A stretch of 63,723 nt of DNA, counting the filler, from Octopus bimaculoides (Eukaryota), in the NCBI RefSeq assembly GCF_001194135.2. It is 6 parts of 6 records of this genome, joined end to end, with 100 filler letters (N's around TTAATTAATTAA, not from the genome) between each part and the next. Parts side by side here need not be neighbours in the genome. Positions count along the whole stretch, not along the records: positions 38,893 to 53,690 come from NC_068983.1; positions 53,791 to 62,193 come from NC_069007.1; positions 62,294 to 63,723 come from NC_068994.1; 3 more parts are not named here. One strand, 5' to 3'. Position numbers and translations under genes: made by a program. Shown piece by piece: positions 53,426 to 63,723 of the stretch. The notes under the pieces were generated by a model. That model did not search any database, was not told the DNA's origin, and saw only the letters and a list, made by a program, of their open reading frames with translations. The number at the start of each line of letters is the position of its first letter. Positions within the stretch are counted from its first letter, which is position 1.

Positions 53426-54099
53426 TGAACTATATATATACATAAAACAACTGATAAATCATACAAATTAATTCTATTATGTATTTATTTATATGTATTA
53501 AGTGAACCAAATGAACATTCAACTGTCCTAAAACGACAGCATGCAGCTATTATTTCCTGTGACATTTCCATCTTCGGGCATTTCATGCGAAATGTTGGAG
53601 TCATATACTTCTATTTGTAAGACAATACTCATAATTTACTCCTTAAGTAATGAAGAGTGAAGAAAATATATATATATATATATATATATANNNNNNNNNN
53701 NNNNNNNNNNNNNNNNNNNNNNNNNNNNNNNNNNTTAATTAATTAANNNNNNNNNNNNNNNNNNNNNNNNNNNNNNNNNNNNNNNNNNNNATATATATAT
53801 ATATATATATATACTTACAAACAATGAGCAGCTGTCAGTAAGTATTTATCACTGATGAGGGTTGCACCACAGAAGTAGTCATTAGGTTTGGCAGCAATCC
53901 TCAGGAAAACCACATGAGGAAATTCACAGTATTTCGCATCGATTCCGTTGACGATATGTTCTTCTACGTTACTTACAACGGGTTCTTCAGTTGCTTATGT
54001 TCAAAGGGAGAGAGAGAAAGAGAGATACAAAATGGAAATTAAGAAAGAAGGAAACATTTTGTTCGATAGAGGAATTACACTGTGAAATACGATTTTTGT

Positions 54100-54520
54100 C
54101 CTTGGATAGCAATTGTTATTTCCTATTTGCTTACTCTTAGAAAGTATGAAAAACGGCTAATATTTCCTTAAAACTATGCTTTTGTTACATTTATTCAAAC
54201 CCTAACGAATCCCTCTCATTACATGACCATGATGCTCCCCATCTACTCCTGCTCATCATCAGAGATGCACATATTGTCAGCCACTAAGGAACATGTTCAA
54301 GTGGTTATGGTCAAGTAATTGACAAGCAAATTTATGGTATTGAGCAGAATATTTGCTATAATGATATTTCTGCTTCAGCAACTCAGCACTGAGTCTGTCT
54401 GGAATGTAATGGAAAATAGGTCTGTTTTGAAACACTTGATGTTCAGATCAGAAAAGCAAAGTTTGAAGGGAATAGCAATGATTTCCTTTTATTTCTAGAT
54501 AGAAGTAAATAGGAAACAAG
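54100..54520. mobile_element. MITE with ~70-bp imperfect TIRs
   Basis: TTATTTCCTATTTGCTT..AAAACTATGCTTTT versus AAAAGCAAAGTTTGAAG..AAGTAAATAGGAAACAA; same family inverted at 59300-59950. Confidence 0.7.
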
Positions 54521-54689
54521 AGCACTCAGAGAGTGCAAACCTCCGTCAAGGCAACACCAACGTCCTCTCAGCGATTAACCGGAGATGATTTTTAAAATGA
54601 GAATATCTGAAATAAACTTGACTGCTCTCACAAACGAGAATACTAAAAACGAGCCCGACCACTCTAAAAAATTAAGTAAAAAAATTCGG

Positions 54690-54847
54690 AAAAATAATCC
54701 AGAATCCTTGTTCGGTACCGATCGACCCAGAAAGGTTAAAAGCAAAGTCGACTTCGGTGGTATTTGAACCTCGAACGTAAAGACGGACAAGATGCCGCTA
54801 AGCATTTCGCCCGGTGTGCTAACGAGTCGGCCAGCTCGCCGCCTTAA
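54690..54847 (-). mobile_element. SINE family A
   Basis: Reverse complement of the head/body (CCAGCTCGCCGCCTT end). Confidence 0.85.
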
Positions 54848-54861
54848 GATCTAGACCAGCG

Positions 54862-55256
54862 TCTCGCAACCATTTTTTTTTAACCTACGGATCTCTTTGA
54901 TTCCTATTTTGAATTATTGCCTCTCCCCACCCCCCATACCATTCAATTTTTAAAAACCAGTTTATAGATACATCTTTCAGAATTCCTATTTTGTTTTCCA
55001 CATGTTAACATGCATAGATATGCAGCAGAACTCTGAGAGAACGTGTCTCAGTGGCTGGAACCATGTTGCACTGTGTAAAACATTAGTGAAAGGAAGCGAA
55101 GTGTTTTTTGCAATGAACACCTGTAAAGCAAAGGTTTTTCATGAACCCTTAAAATGCTACTGCAGATACCTAGTTTACCACCTTGCTTGCACGGGCCCCC
55201 AAAAATCTTATCTGGAACCCGAGGGTCCATGTGGACACATTTACATGAATCACTAA
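54862..55256. mobile_element. Probable hAT/Charlie-type MITE
   Basis: CAGCGTCTCGCAACCATTTTT start and GAGGGTCCATGTGGAC..AATCACT end resemble CAGTGGTTC(C/T)CAAC-type hAT ends. Confidence 0.45.
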
Positions 55257-56239
55257 GATTACCATTTTCTCCAGATATATTACGACTATTGGCGAAATAA
55301 TTTGAGGTAATGCAAAATATTTTAGACGCGTTTACTTACCTGGTGCTCCATAAAACGGGGCGACGAGGCACACCAGGAGGGTTAGACAAAACAGCTTCTC
55401 CATCGCAAAAATAATGAATAACTTCTACCAGCTAACGCTGGTACTGTTTATANNNNNNNNNNNNNNNNNNNNNNNNNNNNNNNNNNNNNNNNNNNNNNNN
55501 NNNNNNNNNNNNNNNNNNNNNNNNNNNNNNNNNNNNNNNNNNNNNNNNNNNNNNNNNNNNNNNNNNNNNNNNNNNNNNNNNNNNNNNNNNNNNNNNNNNN
55601 NNNNNNNNNNNNNNNNNNNNNNNNNNNNNNNNNNNNNNNNNNNNNNNNNNNNNNNNNNNNNNNNNNNNNNNNNNNNNNNNNNNNNNNNNNNNNNNNNNNN
55701 NNNNNNNNNNNNNNNNNNNNNNNNNNNNNNNNNNNNNNNNNNNNNNNNNNNNNNNNNNNNNNNNNNNNNNNNNNNNNNNNNNNNNNNNNNNNNNNNNNNN
55801 NNNNNNNNNNNNNNNNNNNNNNNNNNNNNNNNNNNNNNNNNNNNNNNNNNNNNNNNNNNNNNNNNNNNNNNNNTATATATATACATATATATATGTGTAT
55901 GTGTGTATCTGTGTATGTATATGTATATATATGTATATATGTGCGTGTGTATATGTATATATAGATAGATATATATGTATGTATATATGTGTGTATGTAT
56001 GTGTGTATATATATGTGTGTGTGTGTGTGTGTCTGTGTGTGCATATAACTATATATAACTATATATGTATACACGCTGCTGACGTTCACGTGCACACACA
56101 AAAGTTCTGCAATCGTCGTTTCATACTTGATTGAAAGGGCAAACGTCAACAGATGTGAGACACAGATGGAAACTTCACACGTCTGGCATTGGTAAAGGTC
56201 GTTATTGTTGTTGTTATTGTTATCGTTAGTATTGTTGCT

Positions 56240-56578
56240 AAGGCGGGTGAGCTGGCAGAATCGTTAGCACGCCGGGCGAAATGCTTAGCGGTATTTCGTC
56301 TGCCGTTACGTTCTGATTTCAAATTTCGCCAAGGTAGACTTTACTTTTCATCCTTTCAGAGTCGATAAATTAAGTACCAGTTACGCACTGGAGACGATGT
56401 AATCGACTTAATCCCTTTGTCTGTCCTTGTTTGTCCCCTCTATGTTTAGCCCCTTGTGGGCAATAAAGACATAAGAAACGCTAGCACGCGAGGCGAAATG
56501 CTTAGCGGCATTTCGTCCGTCTCTACGTTCTGAGTTCAAATTCCACCGAAGTTAACTTTGCCTTTCATCCTTTCGGAT
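56240..56578 (+). mobile_element. SINE family A, full copy followed directly by a partial second copy
   Basis: Full copy 56240-56478, then GAAACGCTAGCACGC..CCTTTCATCCTTTCGG is repeated. Confidence 0.88.
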
Positions 56579-56778
56579 GAACACACAACCACACACACAC
56601 ACACACATTGTATGATACAAATAAGACAATAATTTATTCTCGAACGCAGAAACGTCGTCAGAACAGCAGAAACATAGAGTAAATTAACCTTACAAACTGG
56701 ACAAATTTGTCAACAAACAGCCAACACGTGCTATAAAAGTGCCGCCCAAGGTTGACTGCCCCCTCCGTCACTCACCTT

Positions 56779-56809
<31 letters not shown>

Positions 56810-57115
56810 NNNNNNNNNNNNNNNNNNNNNNNNNNNNNNNNNNNNNNNNNNNNNNNNNNNNNNNNNNNNNNNNNNNNNNNNNNNNNNNNNNNGGGATCAG
56901 CAAATATTTGCTTCACCATATACCGAAGTTCAGAAATAGCAGCTAAAAAAGCTGAGAATCCCACAGATAGCATCACTTTGCTGATCCCTTAATTATGCTT
57001 ATAAATATATATGAACTTTTAAATAAGTTCTCCACCAATAATGGTGCTTTCATACCGATGGGCTTGGTAAAAATTATTAATTAATAAATTGATAATCCTT
57101 TACCCTTTTAATCTG

Positions 57116-57147
<32 letters not shown>

Positions 57148-57149
57148 TA

Positions 57150-57318
57150 TATACGACTGACTTCCATCAGTTCCCGTTTACCAAATCCACTCATAAGACT
57201 TTGGTCGGCCTGAGGCTATAGTAAAAGACGCATACCCAAGGTTCCACGCCGTGGGACTGAACCCGGAACCATGTAGTTGGGAAGCAAGGTTCTAACCACA
57301 CAGCCATTCCTGCGCCTA
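57150..57318 (-). mobile_element. SINE family B 5' half
   Basis: CCGTTTACCAAATCCACTCA..GGGACTGAACCCGGAACC..CAGCCATTCCTGCGCCT. Confidence 0.88.
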
Positions 57319-57639
57319 TAAAAAGACTGGTTGCTAGGGTGTGATTTGAAAAATGTGCATGTTATTTCAAACAGATCTACCGAGTATACAGAGGCTCAGT
57401 AACGGAGTAACGGTTCCTTTGGCGCCCGTGGGTGGGGGGAACAATAGTGATAACGGGCATGCCAGACAAGAGGACCGTATTTTGCTCCTTCAGACCTGCG
57501 ATTAGGGGCCATTTCCCTCTTCCCAGTCGGTACCCTAACCTCTTGACATCCTCAACCACACGCGACCATTGCTTGTTATGTCTCATCATAGCATGGAGTA
57601 ATGAGGGGTGCCGTGTGGTTGAGCAGAAAGTGGAAACGG

Positions 57640-57795
57640 TATTTCGATAGTTTTTGATTTAGTTGGCTCGTACAAGCCGAAAAGTTAAGGAGCTGGTAAA
57701 GATGCGTAATCCTGCGAAGGACCAGCGTCCCGTCCAGGGGGTGGGATATATATACGCCACAGAAGCCGGGCAACTAGTCCCCCGTGGGCCGATAC
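57640..57795 (+). mobile_element. Repeat with V-SINE-like domain
   Basis: CCTGCGAAGGACCAGCGTCCCGTCCAGGG resembles the V-domain motif CCTGCGATGGACTGGCG.C.GTCCAGGG. Confidence 0.45.
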
Positions 57796-57929
57796 GTCTC
57801 GAGAAGGAACTTTATCCATGCTTTTAATCAAGTTGTTATTTCCAGCAGATCGATCGTTCGGGCAGAGACTTTCACCTTTTATCTCTTCCTTTTGTTATAA
57901 TTTAATCGCCGTTTATTTAATCGCTGTTG

Positions 57930-59010
57930 ATAGTTTCTCTCGCTTCGATCTCAAAAGGCATTTTTTGTTCTCTGTTAAAAAGAACCCGTAGAAAATCGAT
58001 CTCTTCTTTTATTCTTTTCTTCTTCACCTTTATTTTACGTTAGATTTTGTTTAACTCTCCGTTCCTAAGTCTTTAAGTTGGTTCGCAGTCTTCTTCTTCT
58101 TCTCCTCCTCCTTTTGATTTTTGTTCTTTGTTGAGTATGAGATAGTTATCTGAGAATGCCATGTGACACGGAATCGCTTACAACAGCGGTGGTTGTGTCC
58201 AGGTATTGCTGAAACTCGAAGAATTCAATGAGAGCTCAACCTCTAGGAATGTATCTGACCTCACGCCTTTCAGCCTTGTCCACCAAACAACCTCTTTCGC
58301 CACAGCCACCAGGCAATGGAAAACTGCCTTGCCTGCCCGACTGAAGGAAGGCGGCGGTCCAATCTTCACTACAGACTTGGCCAACAGACGGATCCGTCCT
58401 ACACGTGACAGTAGCTGTTCAACATAACCCCACAAGTCAGCAATGCCCAGACACAACGAGGGCGTGCAGAACGGTTTCGTCACTTTGCGCGCACCTCGGA
58501 CAAGTCCATCTGACAGCGCATCCGTGCTTGTAGAGGTTATTTCGAACCGGTAGCGCCCCCCCCCCCCNNNNNNNNNNNNNNNNNNNNNNNNNNNNNNNNN
58601 NNNNNNNNNNNNNNNNNNNNNNNNNNNNNNNNNNNNNNNNNNNNNNNNNNNNNNNNNNNNCCCCCCCCCGGTAGCACTGCAAGGCCAAGGGCATCTGGAA
58701 ATTATCCATGATAGTTCCCGACCGGAAAGTCTTCCGGAACAGACTAGCCAGTTCGTTCTTGTCGGCGCTCAGAGTTTCCCTGAGAACGTCGTCGCACTTC
58801 TCAGCCACTAATGGCTCTATAAATTTCTGAAGCCGAACATCCACCGATCCCATTGCCCGACCGGTAGAGGGTTGTGAACGCCTGACGACATTCTGAGTAT
58901 GACTTTATACTGCATCCGTTAGTGGACCTTGGTTCGGGCGTTCCAAGGTTTTGAGGAACGTGAGATCATCTATTCTGGCCGAGTGTAGAAGCAACTTCCT
59001 GGGTCCTAGC
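57930..59010 (-). mobile_element. Tx1/L1-clade LINE 3' fragment (ORF2 C-terminal zinc knuckle)
   Basis: LALQCYRG[gap]ALPVRNNLYKHG..TCPRCAQSDETVLHAL; next frame LWGYVEQLL..LVAVAKEVVWWTR. Confidence 0.85.
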
Positions 59011-59299
59011 TATGAGTTAATTAGCATGTTCACAGAATTGCCTTCGGATGAAAGTTACGTACATACATCTCAATGGACCCAGAGTAGATGAGGCCCTTCA
59101 GTTTTTCGATGCTCATTTAAAAGAAGACATCCCCATACAAATCCTACATCCTGATGACATCTGAGTTTATTGCAATTGTTACATCAGATAAATACAAAGT
59201 CTCAAGGACGAAAATAAAAGAATTGGCATCGCGCAAACCATTCTCATGATACTAATCTATTGTGTAACAAAATTAATGTTTTTCTTTTGTCTTTGGTCA

Positions 59300-59950
59300 T
59301 TAAGTGTTATTTCCTATCTGCTTCTATCTGGAAATTAAAGGAAATGACTATCATTCGCTTCAATCTTTGCTTTTGTCACATGGGCATCAATGTTTCCAAG
59401 CTGATTTAGACTAATTCAGCTCTGAGTTGCTGAAGCAGAAATATCATTATAGCAAATATTCTGCTCAATACCACAGATTTGCTTGTTGTCTTCGGTCAAT
59501 GAGTATTATTTCCTATTTGCTACTGTTTAGAAATCAAAAGAAATTACTACTATACACTTCAAACTTTGCCTTTGTCACCTGGACATCAAAGTTTTAAAAC
59601 TGACCTATTTTCCATTACATTTCAGACAGATTCTGCGCTGAATTGCTGATGCAGAAATATCATTATAACAAATATTCTGCTCAATATCACAGATTTGCTT
59701 GCCGGTCGCTTGACTTTAACCACTTGAGTATGTCTCTTAGTGGCTGACAATCTGTGCATCTCTGATGATAAGCAAAAGTAGTGGGGGAGTATCATAGCCA
59801 TATGTTGAGAGGGATTATTTGGGGTTTGAATGCACGTAAGAAAAGCAAAGTTTGAAGGGAATATTAGCCATTTTTCATACTTTATAAGGTTAATCAAATA
59901 GTAAATAACATTTGCTACAAAAGGATGAAAATCGTGTTACACAGTGTTAT
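59300..59950. mobile_element. Partial plus complete tandem copies of the MITE seen at 54100-54520
   Basis: GCAGAAATATCATTATA.CAAATATTCTGCTCAATA.CACAGATTTGCTT occurs at ~59434 and ~59650. Confidence 0.75.
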
Positions 59951-61557
59951 TTATTTATTATACAGGTTGTNNNNNNNNNNNNNNNNNNNNNNNNNNNNNN
60001 NNNNNNNNNNNNNNNNNNNNNNNNNNNNNNNNNNNNNNNNNNNNNNNNNNNNNNNNNNNNNNNNNNNNNNNNNNNNNNNNNNNNNNNNNNNNNNNNNNNN
60101 NNNNNNNNNNNNNNNNNNNNNNNNNNNNNNNNNNNNNNNNNNNNNNNNNNNNNNNNNNNNNNNNNNNNNNNNNNNNNNNNNNNNNNNNNNNNNNNNNNNN
60201 NNNNNNNNNNNNNNNNNNNNNNNNNNNNNNNNNNNNNNNNNNNNNNNNNNNNNNNNNNNNNNNNNNNNNNNNNNNNNNNNNNNNNNNNNNNNNNNNNNNN
60301 NNNNNNNNNNNNNNNNNNNNNNNNNNNNNNNNNNNNNNNNNNNNNNNNNNNNNNNNNNNNNNNNNNNNNNNNNNNNNNNNNNNNNNNNNNNNNNNNNNNN
60401 NNNNNNNNNNNNNNNNNNNNNNNNNNNNNNACATCATCATCACCACTACCACCTACAACCACCACATGCATCCACCACCGCCACCACAAGCACCATCTCC
60501 TCTACCACCGCCACAACAACCACTGCCACCGCCACCACCACCACCACCACTACTACTTCTACCCGCAACAACCACCAACACTCCAACCACCCCCACAATC
60601 ACCACGACCATCACTACCTCCACCATCACAAATCACTGCCACCGCATCCACCACCACCACCACCACCACTACTATTACCATGGGGAGGAAATACGAAGAG
60701 ACGTAAACTGCAGAAAAATAAAAGACGTCAAAAGAAAATGTGTTACAGGATTTTATTCAAATTGTGTTTTTATCACCGAAGAACCACCAGACAACTCATA
60801 GACCAGGCCACGATGAAATTTCAGCTCAATATGTAGCCCTGTTAGATCGACACACAAACTTACATAAGAACATGTAATTAACATGTTGTCATGCAAATTT
60901 GTGTCGCTGTTGAGTCAGTGGCATACAAGAAAAAGTTTAAAACACTAACAAAAACATCAGCCATATATGTAATTCAAAGAGGCAACACTCTTTTCTGTTC
61001 ATATGTGGATGTTAAAAGAACTAATGATAAAATAGCTGGTGATCACCTATTGTGTTGGTAACTGAGCAGATGGTGCAGTTGAAGATGTTCTTGTTGTTAC
61101 GACTCAGGACAGCACTAAGTTGGGTTATAACCAAAAGACTTTCCAACCGTCCTTATGCTTTTTTTTCTTGTATACCCAGGGTTACGTCCACCAAGGCATC
61201 TGTTATTATTTAAGATTCTAAGCCATGACAATCTCTATGAGCTGTAGCTTTGATCTAGCAAATTCTGTTTTGGTTTTCCTCTCAGTTTAGATGTGTAAAT
61301 CGTATAAATATATCTGAGAAGGAGAAATGCGAAGAAGAATATCAGAGAGGATGCAATATTTTTCTGTAAAGTATTGTCGATCGAACAATTCGGCTGCGTT
61401 GATTTTATTGTATCTGTAAATATAAAGGTATCCGTTTCTGTCATATATATTGGCTTTGTTGTCTCATTTTATTTAGCACACACACACAAATATGTAAATA
61501 TATATATTATATATGCATATATGTGTGTGTGTGTGTGTGTGTGTGTAAATATATATA

Positions 61558-62193
61558 CAGGGTGGAATGGGTAAATTGCTTCCATTTTATATTTTTAATT
61601 TCACGCATGTGCATTGTTTGTTTTTGATTTTGTCGACTATACAGTATAGTAGGGTGGGTTGGGCATCGTCTGTAAGAAAAACAGCACCATGATGCAATTC
61701 ACTCTGCCAGAAGTGTGGAAATGACATGTTGTACTGCTTGGCATTCGCGCCGGAAGCTCCAATACGGACATTTCAGAGTGTTTGGGTGTCAATCTGAGGA
61801 CATGTACCGAGAGTGATAAAAAGCAAACATCCAGTCAACATCATGATGTTTAGAGTGATCACTAGCGATGATGACATTATGCCTTCATTCATCTTCCCAC
61901 ACGGCCTCACACTCAACACGGAGGCCTATATCAAGTGCCTGGAGGAGGTAGTGCTGCTCTGAGTCAAGATGGTGGCTACTGCAAGACCCTATGGCTGGCA
62001 ACAGGACTCTACACCATGCCAAACAAGCAGGAGAGCCCAATCATGGTCCTCAGGCAATTTCTGCAACCACATCACCTTTAACATCTGGCCACCTATCTAT
62101 CCAGACTGCAAACCCCTTGATTATTATGTGTTGATCGCAGTTGAGCGAGAGACCAACAAAACTGCTTGTAACACCAAAGATGAACGTAAGGCA
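61558..62193 (+). mobile_element. maT/DD37D-type transposon, internally deleted and decayed, truncated by a gap
   Basis: TA|CAGGGTGGAATGGG start; MMQFTLPEVWK..GVNLRT joined at ~61803 to KHPVNIMM..IMPSFIFPHGLTLNTEAYIKCLEEVV..WQQDS..WPP..PDCKPLDYY..VERETNKT. Confidence 0.88.
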
Positions 62194-62398
62194 NNNNNNN
62201 NNNNNNNNNNNNNNNNNNNNNNNNNNNNNNNNNNNNNTTAATTAATTAANNNNNNNNNNNNNNNNNNNNNNNNNNNNNNNNNNNNNNNNNNNNTTCTCTC
62301 CTTCCTTTCCCGAGCGTCCAATAACACTATCCGTATCACGTCCTCACGTTGTTGTTTTTTTGTTATTGTTTTTTGTGTTTTTTGTGTTTTTTTTTAAC

Positions 62399-62429
<31 letters not shown>

Positions 62430-62909
62430 CGGGGTCACCATGTTTTGATTGAATGAATTGATCCCAGTACTTACTTTCTTTAAGCCTGGTACTTATTCTA
62501 TTGATCTGTTTTTGTCAAACTGCTAAATTTCAGGGATATAAACTGATCAACATTAGTTCGCAGGTGGACACACACTTTAACTCAACAGGATTCTTTCGGT
62601 TTCTGTCTGCCAAATCCACTTACAAGCATTTGGTTTGCCTGAGGCTGTGGTAGACCTGTCCAAGGTGCCATACATTGAGACTGAATCCAGAACCATGTGT
62701 TTGAGAAGTAAACTTCTTACAACACAGTCATGTCTGTGCCTGTTATTGAACATTTCTTATAATTGCTATCATTAATAAGTACAAGGTTGTTAACATTTAT
62801 TATATTGAAATGGCTGTAGAAGAGAAAAAAAAAAAATGGAAGTTTTGAAATATCAAGGATATCGTTTGTTTTCTATCTCTGATCATCCAGCCATCCGTCT
62901 CATTATCAT

Positions 62910-63110
62910 ACATCATCATCATTTAATATCTGTTTTTCAGACTGGCATGGATTGGATGGTTTGGAAGGAGCTGGCACACCAGAGTGCTACAGTAAATTCC
63001 AACATCTGTTTTTGCAAGAATTCTATGTCTAATGCCAACCACTGTACAGAGTGTACTGGGTACTTTTCATATGCCACCAGTGCTAGTGAGGTTACCAAAT
63101 AACTCAGAAA
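62910..63110 (-). mobile_element. Degraded 3' end of an RTE-type element with (ATG)n tail
   Basis: CATCATCATCATTTAATATCTG..CTAATGCCAACCAC..TGCCACCAG resembles recalled RTE 3' ends in antisense. Confidence 0.45.
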
Positions 63111-63723
63111 CCAAAGCCTGCTCAACTGAGAAGGGAGTAGTATTAAGGGAGTTTGCTTTGGGATAACTGAAATGTAGTTATTGGTGAACATGGTGGAAGC
63201 ACAGTCACTCATGAATAGTAGTTGGAAGGGAAGGTGGAGGAAGTTGGTGTGGGTCAGGGAGGTAATGGTGGCAGCAAACATATGAAGTTTGTGGATGGTG
63301 GGATGGACAGTGCCCAAGACAAGGTATGCATAAAATACATAAAGGTGGAAATTGTAGGAGCAGAAGTAATGAGGTCAGGGTTGCCATTGGTAACATGGGG
63401 GTGTACAAAGGAAAGGGGAGGTGGAAGGGCTGTTCATGTTGAGAATGTAAGAGAAAAGTATGTGGTTCCAGGATGGTTGAATGGTGGGAGTGATGAAATA
63501 TGTGCAGTTCTACTCTCATAGTTATTGCAGTTAAGTGAATAGAGCTCGACTTAAGAGTGGTGGAGGGGGGACAGATTTGGTGCAGGGGCATTGACATAAG
63601 CGATATGATTTTAGGACCTCACATTTGCTTAATTGAACCAGTTTGCTTAGTTGAACTAATCATCTTGGTCCTTTGTTATCTCCTCAGTAAAGCTCAATCT
63701 CTGGAGGTCATTATTTTGTTAAT

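Noticed and set aside
53852-53890. CTGATGAG hammerhead core
   Set aside because: No GAAA box or stems I/III at suitable spacing. CTGATGA hits at ~15327, ~45294 and ~59154 fail likewise.
63205-63597. Overlapping 99-130 aa ORFs on both strands
   Set aside because: Purine/pyrimidine-skewed decayed repeat, possibly LINE-derived; no convincing domain.

Overview
AT-rich, repeat-saturated eukaryotic draft-assembly sequence with many N gaps and microsatellites. The tRNA-derived SINE families suggest an octopus/coleoid cephalopod scaffold (inference from recalled family sequences). I see no intact host protein-coding gene, rRNA, real tRNA or CRISPR array; most listed ORFs are microsatellite or N-gap read-through. 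The window is an intergenic or intronic transposon graveyard. It holds at least three SINE families; fragments of R4/Dong-type (RLE), RTE, CR1, Tx1/L1 and Penelope-like retroelements; Tigger, Tc1, mariner, maT (DD37D) and hAT derivatives; several MITEs; two candidate non-autonomous Helitrons; and three minisatellite arrays. The leads most worth checking are: (i) degenerate minimal hammerhead ribozyme motifs in Penelope-like termini; (ii) an R4/Dong element sitting in an (AAT)n target; (iii) a 35-bp minisatellite with higher-order structure; (iv) long inverted structures that could form dsRNA; (v) an unidentified, stop-depleted ~1.7 kb reading frame at 47.3-49.0 kb. I cannot support a novel multi-gene system. 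All alignments and counts were done by eye, so coordinates of degraded elements are approximate.
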